DNA of 64,000 nt from Spirochaetia bacterium (GTDB lineage Bacteria > Spirochaetota > Spirochaetia > SZUA-6 > Bin103). Each line of letters opens with the position of its first letter. The first letter of the stretch is position 1. Location of the stretch: NCBI GenBank assembly GCA_965199955.1, contig CBDATQ010000001.1, positions 2,176,001-2,240,000 on the forward strand, written 5' to 3'. The notes under the pieces were generated by a model. That model saw nothing but the letters and a program-made list of their open reading frames with translations, did no database searches and was not told the origin of the DNA. A program made the translations under genes and the position numbers. Below are positions 20,359 to 30,310 of this stretch, piece after piece.

Positions 20359-21486
20359 ATGGGTCTTCAGATTCCCCTCATCGACATTTCGGAAGAGACG
20401 GAGCGGCACGTATTCGTTGCACACGGGACGGAGGCGGTCTATCATTGCGCGCCGACCACGGTGCTTCTGCCGGACGACAAGACGCTGTATGCCGTGTGGA
20501 CCTACGAGCACGCGGGCCAGTGCGGGCCGCTGAAGAAGAGCACGGACGGAGGCCTCACGTGGAGCGAGCTACTGCCGGTCCCCGCGAGCTGGAGCAGGGT
20601 GCGCAATGCCCCGACCATCTATCGTCTGGTCGCCCCGGACGGCCATGCTCGCCTCTTCGTGTTCGCCGGCTGTCAGGCAGCGGCCGGGGAACCTCCGACG
20701 GAGAACACCATGCAGCAGTCGCACTCGGCGGACGACGGCGCGACCTGGTCGCCCATGGCGTCCAACGGCCTGGAGTGCGTCATGCCGTTCTGCTCGATCG
20801 AGCCCGTGGACGGCGGATCACGGCTCCTGGGGATGAGCAACATCCGCAGGGCGGTGGACAGAGACGCCCGGCTGACGCCCGCGGGACACAAGGGGAACCG
20901 CATCGCTCAGAGCGTATCTTCCGATGGAGGGCTCACCTGGAGCCCGTGGGACATCGTTCTGGACATCCCGCCTCACATCCCCATCAACCCCGAGATCGTC
21001 CGCTCGCCCGATGGCTCGCAACTCCTCTGCCTGATGGGGGACAAGGGCGGGCGGTGGGAAACGATGAATCGTTCCCTGTTCATGACATCGGATGATGAGG
21101 GGGCAACCTGGTCGGAGCCGAGGGAACTGCCGCTCGGCCTCACCGGCGACCGACCCAAGCACCGGTATGCCCACGACGGGAGGCTGGTGGTCACCATGCG
21201 AAACACCGCACCGGGCTGCCCGGACACCGGCGACCTGGTCGCCTGGATCGGTACGTACGACGACGTCGTCATGGGGCGGGAGGGGCACTACAGCGCGAAG
21301 CTCCTGCGAACCCACGCCGGCGCCGACGCGTCATATCCTGCGATCGAGCTTCTTCCTGACGGGACGTTCGTGGCGACCACCTACATCAAGTACCGGCCGG
21401 GGAAGGAGAGACACTCGATCGTGAGCGTGAGATTCACGCTCGCAGAGCTGGACGGCAAGGACGCAACCGGCGTGTGCGGATCATGA
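20359..21486 (+). CDS. BNR/Asp-box sialidase-family protein
   Basis: STDGGLTW, SADDGATW, SSDGGLTW and SDDEGATW; YPAIELLPDGTFVATTY. Confidence 0.87.
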   Translation: MGLQIPLIDISEETERHVFVAHGTEAVYHCAPTTVLLPDDKTLYAVWTYEHAGQCGPLKKSTDGGLTWSELLPVPASWSRVRNAPTIYRLVAPDGHARLFVFAGCQAAAGEPPTENTMQQSHSADDGATWSPMASNGLECVMPFCSIEPVDGGSRLLGMSNIRRAVDRDARLTPAGHKGNRIAQSVSSDGGLTWSPWDIVLDIPPHIPINPEIVRSPDGSQLLCLMGDKGGRWETMNRSLFMTSDDEGATWSEPRELPLGLTGDRPKHRYAHDGRLVVTMRNTAPGCPDTGDLVAWIGTYDDVVMGREGHYSAKLLRTHAGADASYPAIELLPDGTFVATTYIKYRPGKERHSIVSVRFTLAELDGKDATGVCGS

Positions 21487-24400
21487 CTCCCGTGCCTCTT
21501 CGCCCGCGGAGCCCAGGATCTGTTCGGCGAGCCGTTCGTCGCCTTGGCGGCGGCACACGCTGACCGCTTCCTCCTCGTCGCCGAGCCGCCGCAGCATCTC
21601 GACCGCCTCGGCATAGCGGGTCGGGCTGTGCGTGAAAAGCAGATAGTTCCGTTCTGTCGGCTGCAGATCGCCGAGCTCGTTGTCGAAGATCTCCGGCTCC
21701 ATGATCCGGAGGCACAGTTGCAACTCGCGATCGCCCGTGTCCGCCACCTCCTTCCGGAGGCGGGCGAAGAGCGCGTTGTAGCGGTCGTCCTCCGACTCGG
21801 CCCAGATCACGGACAGCAGCGAGACAATCGGGTTGATCAGGCGCAACTCGACGAGCATCTCGCTCAGCTCCTCGTACAGCGGTGAGGTGACGCCGTACTG
21901 CTTCGGCAGCGTGGCCAGGATGGCGGCGATCCGGTCGCGTCGATCTGTTTCGCCGCCGCGCTGCAGACAGCCGTGCAGCAGGCGCAGCACGATCTCCAGG
22001 CGGTCGTCGGGCAGCGTCCACAGCGTGACCTGCGAGCGCTGCCCTCGCGTCATGCCTTCGACCAACTCCAGCGGCAGCACGAGGTCGGGCCGCGCGTCCA
22101 GGTAGGCGGCGGCCGGCCCGGCTCGCGCGTGGTCCAGAAAGTAGCGGATCGCTTCTTCATGGCGCTCCAGCCGTGCGTACTGGTCACATGCCCCGTCCAC
22201 GACGGTCGCGGCGACCCGGTCGCCGTGGACCCGCTGCAGCGCCAGCCAGTGGGCCAGGGCGCGTTCGTGCTCGCCGGCGGCGCTCAGGCGGCGCGCCGAG
22301 CGGCTCACCTGCTCGGTCCGTTCCCGGCGCCGGTCCCAGTTGGCCAGCAGGTACTCGGCCAGGTATTCCACCGCCTGCCCGAGACTCTCCGGCGTTCCGG
22401 TGCGGGCGATCTCACGCGCTGCCTCACGGTGCCGGTTGTCGCTGGCCAGACAGGCAGCGGCGGCGGCGTGGTCTCCGGCCTCGTGGTAGAGCTCGAACGC
22501 CTGCGGCAGGTGGCCGCCACGGCGCTCGAAGATCTCCGCGGCCTCCCGGTTCCGTCCAAGCCCCGCCAGCCGGATGGCCTCCTTGACCCCCGGCCGCTTG
22601 CCCGCGATCTCCTCCAGCCGCTGCTCCAGGTCCTGCCGGTTGGCGGCCGAGCCGGCTGCGTGCCTGCGGAAGCAGTCGATCGCCTGGTCGAGATCGTCGT
22701 GTTTCTCATGGACGAGCGCCGCCTCGTGGTAGTCCTCAAGTTTCAGGATGCAGCGCAGCAACGCCTGCACGTCGTCCAGCCGGCGGTACAGCGGAGCGGC
22801 GTTGTCGTATTGTCCGTCCTTCTCGAACTCCTGGGCCGCGTAGTCGATCATCCCGGCATGGCGATACTGCCGCGCCGCCTCCGCATGGTCGCCGAGCAGC
22901 TTGAGATGGTGCGCGGCCTTGCCGCTCTTCTTGAGGCCCAGGTAGTGGTCGGCCAGCAGGCGGTGCTCGCCGCCGCGTTCCCAGTTGCCCAGCATCCGCT
23001 CCGTGTCGCCGAGCTTCGCCCAGCAGGCGGCGGCCTTGACGTACCGTCCCGACCCCTCGAAGTGAAGGGCGTCGCAGGTCAGGGCGCGCCGGTCTTCGCC
23101 GGCGCGGCGCCAGACCCGCGCCGCGTCGCGCCAGGCGTTGCCGCGCTCCAGGTTCTGCGCCGCCCGCTCCGGCTGGCCGTGGGCGACGAACAGGTCGGCG
23201 GCTTCGCGATGGTCTCCCGCCCGCTCCAGGTGGTGTGCGCGTGACAGCGCCTCCTTGGTGTGTGCGGCGGCGTTCCGGTAGCACTCCCCGGCGGCCGCGA
23301 AGTGCTCGCGGTCGAAGAAGTAATCTCCCTGAGCCTCCCACTCGGCCGGGCTCGACACGCGCTGCCAGACGGTGCTGAGAGCCTCCGCGTCGGCGGAGCG
23401 CAGCACGTGCTCGGCAAGCTGGTCGACCGACCAGACCGGGCCGGCTACCGGACCGTCCCAGATAACCAGCGTGTTCCGCGCCCGCGTCACGGCCACGTAC
23501 AGCAGGTTGAGCTCGTGGCGTATGCGCGGCGTCTCCGCCGCTTCCAGGCGGTGTTCCCGGGCGATGCGCCGCCAGCGGGCCGCCGAGCCCGCGGTCTCGG
23601 CGAATCGCCAGAGCAGCACCCCGTCGAACTCCAGCCCCTTCGCGTCGTTGATGGTGAACACCATCTCGGTACCGAGGGCCGCGCGCAGGCGGTCGCGTTC
23701 GGCGGGCGTGCGGACCAGCACCACCTGACCCGCACCCGCCCGTCTCATCGTGCTCAGCAGCTCGGGCTCCGCCAGGCCGTCCACCAGCAGCGGCGGCCGG
23801 CCGCGGAACGTCCAGCGCTCGGCGATCTCGCCCGAGGCCAGGCCGACCAGCGACCGCTTCAGCTCCAGCAGCTCGTTGGCCAACGCGACGATGTTGCCCA
23901 CGCTGCGGAAGTTGACGCTGAGGTTGATCACCTCCGGGACCCGCAACCCGCGCTCGTAGTAGCGGGCGCGCACCTCCTCCCAGCGGAACCCGCTGGGATT
24001 GATGATCTGCTTGGGGTCGCCGGCAAGCACCGTGCGCTGCGGATCGGCCGCCAGCCGAAACAGCAGCGCGAGCTGCATGTCGGTGAAGTCCTGCACCTCG
24101 TCGCATACGACCAGGTCATACCGGAACGAGTCGTCGTCCTGCTCCAGCCGCTGCAAGGCGGTACGGGTCAGGTCGATCTCGTCGAGCCGGGCGGTTTGTT
24201 GCAGGCGGTCCTGGTAATACTCGGCGATTCCGTAGATGTCGCGGCGGTCGAACCGGAAATTCGGCGCCCGCTTGCGGCCCAGGCTCTCGTACTCCCGCAG
24301 GGTCAACAGCGGCTGGTCCAGGCGGTCGGCCTGCCGGTCAAGGAGGCGCAGCGCCGCGTCCAGCACCAGGGTCTGCTCCGCGTGCCGGGCGCCGCCGACA

Positions 24401-25731
24401 TCGCGCACGCCGGCGGCGAAATCCTGCAGGGACCGGAACGAGGTCTTGCGCGCGCATTCCGCCTCCAGCCTGTCGCCGAGCTCCAGGTTGCCCAAGCGCA
24501 CCAGGTACTCGGCGAGCTCCGCGCGCTCGCGCCCGGTAGCCCTTGAGCGCGCGAAGCGATCGGCCAGCTCGGTGAAGCGGCGCCGGCTCACCGGCGGCTT
24601 GGCGCCCTTGATGATCGAGCGTATCTCTTCCCAGACCAGCTCCGCGTCGTAGCGGGCCGCGCTCGGGTGGTTGTGGACGATGGCGTGGAACTCCCGCAGC
24701 CCCGCGGGCGGTGCGGCGGATGCATGCTCGTCGGCCGGAAGGATCTCTTCCAGCAACTCGGAGAAGGTGGCGAACCGTGCCGCGTCCGGGGCGTCCGCCA
24801 GTTCCGTAGCCGCCACCAGGCCGCGGTAGATGCGCTCCGAGAACCGTTTCAGGTGCGGGCTGCCGGTGACGAACAGCGCGCGCTCGCTGGCGGCCGCGTC
24901 CGCGGCAGCCTGTGCATCGGCATGCACATCGTGCGCGCGTGCCTGCTCGCCGTCGTGGACCGCGCCGTCGCCGACCGCGGCGGTGTCGATCGCACTGCCG
25001 GCGAGCTGGCACGCGCGGTGCCGGAGCAGGTAATAGACGGCGATGGTCGTCTTGCCGCTGCCCGCGGTCCCGGACAGCAGCACGGGCGGCTCGCTGTGCA
25101 GCAGACGGGCCTGCGCGCCGGTCAGAAAGAGATACAGGCGCACGCCATCCGGGTCTTCCGTCTCCAGGATGCGGCGCCACTCTTCGTCGTCGACCACCAG
25201 CCAGCGCTGCGGCCCCGCGTCCGGGGCGCTGCCGTTCGGATGGCCGCCGGGCTGATCGGTGCGGCCGTGGCTCGATGCGGCCGGGAACGGGCGCTCGAAT
25301 GGCACGCCGAGGCGTTCCTCGGGCAGATCGTCGAGCACCAGCTCCGGGAGATCCTCGAACTCGTCCGGACGAAAGTCCAGAAACGGCGCATTGGCCGCAA
25401 CGATGCGCCGCTCCGCCGCGGTGACGTCGTCGTGCTTGACCACGCCCCAGACGTAGATCCGTGTGTCGCCGGCGCCGCTCACCTCGCCGCCCGCGACGCC
25501 CGCCGCAGGCGCGCGACCCAGCGTGAACAGGATACGGTCGCCCCGCGTCAGCCGCGCCTCGAAGCTGGAGCGGCCCCCCTTGAGCTTCTTGACCCGCACG
25601 CCGGCATCCCACATGCCGTGCCGGAGGAACTCCAGCTTCTCGCGCAGCCGCTCCTTCTGACGGCTGCCGAGGGCAGCGATATGCGAGCGCACGGCGTCGT
25701 GGAGGAGCAGGAGATACGTGCGTTGCTGCAT
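21481..25731 (-). CDS. RelE-like nuclease domain + UvrD/SF1 helicase + TPR-repeat protein (TRANK1-like architecture)
   Basis: N-terminal VKKLKG..FEARLTRGDRILF..VWGVVKHD; GTAGSGKTT, DEVQDF, GDPKQII, NFRS, KGLEFD and LYVAVTRAR; long helical repeats (AAGECY, AADLF, AARQY). Confidence 0.85.
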   Translation of the reverse strand: MQQRTYLLLLHDAVRSHIAALGSRQKERLREKLEFLRHGMWDAGVRVKKLKGGRSSFEARLTRGDRILFTLGRAPAAGVAGGEVSGAGDTRIYVWGVVKHDDVTAAERRIVAANAPFLDFRPDEFEDLPELVLDDLPEERLGVPFERPFPAASSHGRTDQPGGHPNGSAPDAGPQRWLVVDDEEWRRILETEDPDGVRLYLFLTGAQARLLHSEPPVLLSGTAGSGKTTIAVYYLLRHRACQLAGSAIDTAAVGDGAVHDGEQARAHDVHADAQAAADAAASERALFVTGSPHLKRFSERIYRGLVAATELADAPDAARFATFSELLEEILPADEHASAAPPAGLREFHAIVHNHPSAARYDAELVWEEIRSIIKGAKPPVSRRRFTELADRFARSRATGRERAELAEYLVRLGNLELGDRLEAECARKTSFRSLQDFAAGVRDVGGARHAEQTLVLDAALRLLDRQADRLDQPLLTLREYESLGRKRAPNFRFDRRDIYGIAEYYQDRLQQTARLDEIDLTRTALQRLEQDDDSFRYDLVVCDEVQDFTDMQLALLFRLAADPQRTVLAGDPKQIINPSGFRWEEVRARYYERGLRVPEVINLSVNFRSVGNIVALANELLELKRSLVGLASGEIAERWTFRGRPPLLVDGLAEPELLSTMRRAGAGQVVLVRTPAERDRLRAALGTEMVFTINDAKGLEFDGVLLWRFAETAGSAARWRRIAREHRLEAAETPRIRHELNLLYVAVTRARNTLVIWDGPVAGPVWSVDQLAEHVLRSADAEALSTVWQRVSSPAEWEAQGDYFFDREHFAAAGECYRNAAAHTKEALSRAHHLERAGDHREAADLFVAHGQPERAAQNLERGNAWRDAARVWRRAGEDRRALTCDALHFEGSGRYVKAAACWAKLGDTERMLGNWERGGEHRLLADHYLGLKKSGKAAHHLKLLGDHAEAARQYRHAGMIDYAAQEFEKDGQYDNAAPLYRRLDDVQALLRCILKLEDYHEAALVHEKHDDLDQAIDCFRRHAAGSAANRQDLEQRLEEIAGKRPGVKEAIRLAGLGRNREAAEIFERRGGHLPQAFELYHEAGDHAAAAACLASDNRHREAAREIARTGTPESLGQAVEYLAEYLLANWDRRRERTEQVSRSARRLSAAGEHERALAHWLALQRVHGDRVAATVVDGACDQYARLERHEEAIRYFLDHARAGPAAAYLDARPDLVLPLELVEGMTRGQRSQVTLWTLPDDRLEIVLRLLHGCLQRGGETDRRDRIAAILATLPKQYGVTSPLYEELSEMLVELRLINPIVSLLSVIWAESEDDRYNALFARLRKEVADTGDRELQLCLRIMEPEIFDNELGDLQPTERNYLLFTHSPTRYAEAVEMLRRLGDEEEAVSVCRRQGDERLAEQILGSAGEEARES

Positions 25732-25789
25732 GCCGGGGCCGTCCGTGGATCGTACCCCATACGGAGGTGCACCGCGCCGGCTCCTGGGC

Positions 25790-27046
25790 TCAGGTCGCCC
25801 CGCCGCGCACGGCGGCGTCGGCCCGCCGCGGCATGAGCAGCAGCGCGAGCAGCTTCAGGGCCACGCCGGCGCCGATCAGCAGGTGGATCGGCCGCGGATC
25901 GATCGTTTCGGCCTGCACGTCGGGCCCGAACACGCTGCGCAACAACGCAGCGGTGAGCAGCGGGGTGAAGGCGCTCACCACTCCACGGCTGAAGAAGATC
26001 AGCGTGAAGTCGCCGGTCTGATCGCCCCGCGTGCCCCAGCGCATGATCAGCGTCTGCTCCGCCGGGCTCATGATGCCCCGCGCCGCCTCCTGCAGGATCA
26101 GCGCGACCGCGACCAGCACCGCCGCACCCGGCGTGGCGCCGATCAGCAGCAGGGGAATCAGCGCGCTGATCACGACCGACACCTGGAACAGCGGCAGCGG
26201 CTCGTGGTGCTTCTGCAGCCACCGGTTGGCGAACGCGGACAGGCCCTTCGCGGCTTTCGACACCGCCAGGAACGCGTTGATCAGGAAGAACGACAGGCCC
26301 AGGTATTTGAGGTAGAGGATGTCCAGGAACGAGGTGCCCAGCCCGTCGGCGAACGCCGTCGCGGTCTGGAACAGATACATGCGCCGGAACGGGCCGAACC
26401 GCAGCGAGCCCGCCACCTGGCCGCGGATCGACTGGCGCGCCGGCTGCCCGGCGGCGGAGTCATGCGCCGACGCCAGCAGCCACAGCGCCACCGTCCCGAA
26501 CAGCAGGCCGGTGCCGAACGCGAGCGCGAAGCCGGCGGTGCCGGGCAGCGCGTCCACCAGCGCGCCGGCCAGCGGCGGCGCCACCACCGCGCCGATCATG
26601 GCGACCGACAGCCGGGTGCTCAGGAATCGGCTGTGCTCCGCAGGAGGGATGGCGTCGGAGATCCACGCCCGGCTCAACGGCGCGTACAGCGCGGACGCGA
26701 TGCGGGCGATGCCGGCCAGCGCCAGCAGCCACCACACCGCGTCCGGCGGGCGCGTGAACAGCAACAACAGGATGCCGACGCGGCTGCACAGCCGGATCGC
26801 GTACACCGTCATCATGACGATGCGCCGCGAGCCGCGCGCCGCCCGCACCAGCCATGGCGCGACCAGGATGGCCGCGAACCCGAAGCCTCCGATCGAGCCC
26901 AGCAGGCCGATCTGAATGGTCGTGGCCCCCAGCCACAGCGCCAGGCCCGTGAACACCACACCCTCGGTCGCGTAGCTGAACAGGTTCTGGAACAGGAACT
27001 CCAGCGTCAGCGCGCGCGAGGTGCGCCGTGGGTCGTAAGCGTTCAT
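25790..27046 (-). CDS. MFS transporter
   Basis: About 12 hydrophobic segments, LGATTIQIGLL and WISDAIP; AGGAAGGAG RBS. Confidence 0.82.
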   Translation of the reverse strand: MNAYDPRRTSRALTLEFLFQNLFSYATEGVVFTGLALWLGATTIQIGLLGSIGGFGFAAILVAPWLVRAARGSRRIVMMTVYAIRLCSRVGILLLLFTRPPDAVWWLLALAGIARIASALYAPLSRAWISDAIPPAEHSRFLSTRLSVAMIGAVVAPPLAGALVDALPGTAGFALAFGTGLLFGTVALWLLASAHDSAAGQPARQSIRGQVAGSLRFGPFRRMYLFQTATAFADGLGTSFLDILYLKYLGLSFFLINAFLAVSKAAKGLSAFANRWLQKHHEPLPLFQVSVVISALIPLLLIGATPGAAVLVAVALILQEAARGIMSPAEQTLIMRWGTRGDQTGDFTLIFFSRGVVSAFTPLLTAALLRSVFGPDVQAETIDPRPIHLLIGAGVALKLLALLLMPRRADAAVRGGAT

Positions 27047-27128
27047 GCTCCTTCCTCTACGGCGGCGTAAGCGGGCATGATCGGGACATGACACATCCCG
27101 ACTCCAGCATAGCCTTCGGGCTTCGAAC

Positions 27129-28058
27129 GTGACCGTGGACCACGCAGGACCGCTCGCCTACCTGAACGGCGAGTTCATTCCGACCGAGGAGTGCAAGCTG
27201 CCGGTCTACGACCTGGGCATCGTGCTGGGAGCGGCGGTCACCGACTTCCTGCGCACCTTCGGCGGCGAGCCCTATCGGCTGGCCGACCACGTGAACCGCC
27301 TGTACCGGTCGTGCCGGTACGCTCACATCGATCCGCCGATCGACGCCGAGGAGTCGATGGAGGTCACGCGCCGGCTGATCGACCACAACCGCCAGGTCGC
27401 CGGCGGCGCGGAGCTCGGGGTGATCTACTACGTGACGGCGGGGCAGAACCCGGTCTACGCCGGCGCCGCGGCGCTGCCGAAGCACAGAACGGCCACCTAC
27501 GTGCAGCACACCTTCCCGATGCCGTTCCATCTCTGGAAGCCGATGTTCACGCGGGGGGTGCACGGCGTGACGCCTTCCAACCGCCACTGGCCCCCCGAGT
27601 GCCTCTCGTCGAAGATCAAGAACCGCAACCGGTTGCACATGTGGATCGGCGACTACCAGGCGCACCAGATCGACCCCGCCGCGATGGCCGTCTATCTGGA
27701 CATCCACGGCAACATCACCGAGACCGGCGGGTCCAACTTCGTCATATACCGGGACGGCCAGGTGGTGTCTCCGCGACGGCGCAACATCCTGTGGGGCATC
27801 AGCCTGACGGTGCTCACCGAGCTGCTGGCCGATCTTGGCATCGGCTTCATGGAGGACGACCTGCAGACCTACGACGCGATCAACGCGGAGGAGGCATGGG
27901 TGCCCACCACGCCGTATTGCCTGGCGCCGGTGGTGCGCTTCAACGGCGTTCCGATCGGCGACGGCACGCCCGGGCCGGTGTGGCGGCGCGTGCTGGACCG
28001 CTGGAGCGAGGTGGTCGGCACCGACATCTACCATGAGGTCGCGGGCAGCTCCGAGTAG
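27129..28058 (+). CDS. Class IV PLP aminotransferase (BCAT/D-amino-acid aminotransferase-like)
   Basis: AYLNGEF, HVNRLYRS, SKIKNRNR (PLP Lys), ETGGSNF and ILWGIS. Confidence 0.88.
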   Translation: MTVDHAGPLAYLNGEFIPTEECKLPVYDLGIVLGAAVTDFLRTFGGEPYRLADHVNRLYRSCRYAHIDPPIDAEESMEVTRRLIDHNRQVAGGAELGVIYYVTAGQNPVYAGAAALPKHRTATYVQHTFPMPFHLWKPMFTRGVHGVTPSNRHWPPECLSSKIKNRNRLHMWIGDYQAHQIDPAAMAVYLDIHGNITETGGSNFVIYRDGQVVSPRRRNILWGISLTVLTELLADLGIGFMEDDLQTYDAINAEEAWVPTTPYCLAPVVRFNGVPIGDGTPGPVWRRVLDRWSEVVGTDIYHEVAGSSE

Positions 28059-28062
28059 CCCT

Positions 28063-29334
28063 ATGTCCAGACTCCGACAGTTGGGCAAGACCGCCCGCAT
28101 AATACGGCACGCGGCGTGGCTCGCCGTGGCGCTGGTGACCGTGACGCCGGCAGGGTCCGACCCGCCCGATGAGGCTGTCCCTTGGGCAAGCCGGTTCGAC
28201 GAGGTGCGCGCGCTCTGGGTGATCCGCCACTCGATCGACAGCCCCGCTGAGGTGCGAACGATGGTGGAAGCGGCCGCCGCCGGCGGCTTCAACACGCTGC
28301 TGGTGCAGGTCCGAGGCCGAGGCGACGCCCTGTACGCATCGAGCCTGGAGCCGCGGGCGGAGTCCCTGCCCGACGACCCGGCCTTCGACCCTCTGCAGCT
28401 CGTGATCGACGAAGCGCACGCGCGCGGCATGGACGTGCACGCGTGGGTGAATACCTATCTGGTGTGGGGGCTGCAGGACCTGCCGCGCAGTCGCCTGCAT
28501 CTGGTCAACGCCAACCCCGAATGGCTGGCGGTGCCCCGCAGCCTGGGCCGGGAGCTCTACATACGCAACCCACGCGATCCCCGCTACCTGCGGCGCCTGA
28601 CCGAGCACGCACGGGCCAACAGTCAGACCGTTACCGGGCTCTGGTCCAGTCCCTCGCATCCGGCGGTGCAGGCGCGGGTGCAGGCGGTCTGGCTGGAGCT
28701 GGCCACCAACTACGACCTGCAGGGCATCCACTTCGACTACGTGCGGCTGCCGTCGGGGGAGTTCGACTACTCGCGCGGGACGCTCGACCGGTTCCGCGGC
28801 TGGGTCAGGCCGCACCTGTCCAGCCAGCGTTACGCCGACCTGGTGGCGGCGTCCGGCTCCAACCCGTTCGCGATGGCAGATTCTCTGGGTGATCTGTGGG
28901 ATCAGTTCCGGCGCGATCAGGTATCGATGCTGGTTAGCCGCATCTACCGCTCCGTGAAGGAGGTCCGCCCGGAACTGGTCGTCTCCGCGGCCTTGGTCCC
29001 GAACCCGAAAGAGGCTCGCGTGAAGCGGTATCAAGACTGGTGGAGCTGGCTGGCCGACGGCGTCCTGGACGTGGCGGTGCCGATGGCGTACACGACCGAT
29101 CGCGAGCAGTTCGGCGCCTGGGTCGAGGAGGCGCGGATCTCCGTCGGCGAACGCGAACGTGTCTGGGTGGGAGTCGGGGCCTACAAGAACCCGGTAAGTG
29201 AGACGCTGCGGCAGATCGAGGATGCTCGCACGCGGGGAGTAGGCGGGGTGGTCGTGTTCGCCTACGACTCCGCGTCCAGCACGCCGGCGCAGCCCGGTTC
29301 GCTGGAGCAGATCGGCCGCGAGGCATTCCAGTAG
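28063..29334 (+). CDS. GHL10/DUF187 glycosyl hydrolase (YddW/DigH-like)
   Basis: EVRALWV, QVRGRGDALY, DPL...AHARGMDVHAW, GIHFDYVR, YQDW and PMAY. Confidence 0.88.
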   Translation: MSRLRQLGKTARIIRHAAWLAVALVTVTPAGSDPPDEAVPWASRFDEVRALWVIRHSIDSPAEVRTMVEAAAAGGFNTLLVQVRGRGDALYASSLEPRAESLPDDPAFDPLQLVIDEAHARGMDVHAWVNTYLVWGLQDLPRSRLHLVNANPEWLAVPRSLGRELYIRNPRDPRYLRRLTEHARANSQTVTGLWSSPSHPAVQARVQAVWLELATNYDLQGIHFDYVRLPSGEFDYSRGTLDRFRGWVRPHLSSQRYADLVAASGSNPFAMADSLGDLWDQFRRDQVSMLVSRIYRSVKEVRPELVVSAALVPNPKEARVKRYQDWWSWLADGVLDVAVPMAYTTDREQFGAWVEEARISVGERERVWVGVGAYKNPVSETLRQIEDARTRGVGGVVVFAYDSASSTPAQPGSLEQIGREAFQ

Positions 29335-29454
29335 GCCACGGGTGCGGCGGCTGTGGTGCTTCGCCCGTGGGGCTCAGCGGTTAGCGACGGAGATGGGCGG
29401 CGAGCAACGGACGAAGACGAACCGCTTCATGTTACGGGTCGTGTCATACCGCTT

Positions 29455-29477
29455 GTATCATACTTTATCTATGATAC
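29455..29477. promoter_or_regulatory. AT-rich operator-like palindrome GTATCATA-N7-TATGATAC
   Basis: Perfect 8-bp inverted repeat in an AT-rich patch between convergent genes. Confidence 0.5.
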
Positions 29478-29506
29478 GAGAGGTGCCCATAGCGGTAGTG
29501 TGGCGG

Positions 29507-30310
29507 TTACAGCGGCTCCAGACCCAGTTCCAGCAGCGGCGCGACCATCTTGCGCAGCCGCGGGTCGCCGGACTCCGCGAACGCGCGCGGCGCGTTGATC
29601 CCGCGGCCCATGGCGTTCCGGTACTTCACCCACCGTTTCTGGTGCGCGGCGACCGGATTGGCCATGAACGCGAAGGAGAGCTGCCGGCGTACTCCCTTCG
29701 CGCCGAAGGCCGCGTGCGGGAGATCCTCCGTGAACACGCACGCGTCGCCCAACCGTGACGGCAGCGGCAGGTGCGGCACCTCCTGCGGGCTGATTCCCCA
29801 CGGGAGCTCGTCCTGCAGCGTGCGGTTGCGCACCGGGAAGAGGTAGTCCGGCACCCCGCCCCAGCGGGAGTCCATCCACCGCAGCAGGTTGCGGTGGGCG
29901 CCGGGGATGATGCGCAGGCAGCCGTTGGTCTCGTCCAGATCGTCCAGGTACAGGGAGACCTTGATCGAGACGAGCGGTTTCTGCTCGACACCGCTGTCGC
30001 TGTGCCACGGGGTATCCCCGACGTGCCACTGCGCGTCTGAGCCTTCGTACGTGAAGTCGTGCCCCAGGATCTTGGCCGGGATGTCGTACACCCGTTCGTC
30101 CAGCAGCAGCGCCCGGACCCGCTCGCCGATCACGGCCACGTCGCCGATGCCGCCACTCTTCGTCGCGGTGTCACCGGGAATCTGGCCGCGCTCGTGACCG
30201 AGCCGTTCCAGCTCCGCGCGGATCGCCAGCGCTTCATCACGCGACAGCAGGCCGGGCAGCGGCAGAAAGCCGAAGGCGATGAAGTGCCCGACGTTCTCGG
30301 TTCCGATCAT
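29507..30310 (-). CDS. PhyH-family Fe/2OG oxygenase
   Basis: HFIAFGFL, WHSD, YLDDL..NGCLRIIPGAH and PHAAFG. Confidence 0.87.
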   Translation of the reverse strand: MIGTENVGHFIAFGFLPLPGLLSRDEALAIRAELERLGHERGQIPGDTATKSGGIGDVAVIGERVRALLLDERVYDIPAKILGHDFTYEGSDAQWHVGDTPWHSDSGVEQKPLVSIKVSLYLDDLDETNGCLRIIPGAHRNLLRWMDSRWGGVPDYLFPVRNRTLQDELPWGISPQEVPHLPLPSRLGDACVFTEDLPHAAFGAKGVRRQLSFAFMANPVAAHQKRWVKYRNAMGRGINAPRAFAESGDPRLRKMVAPLLELGLEPL

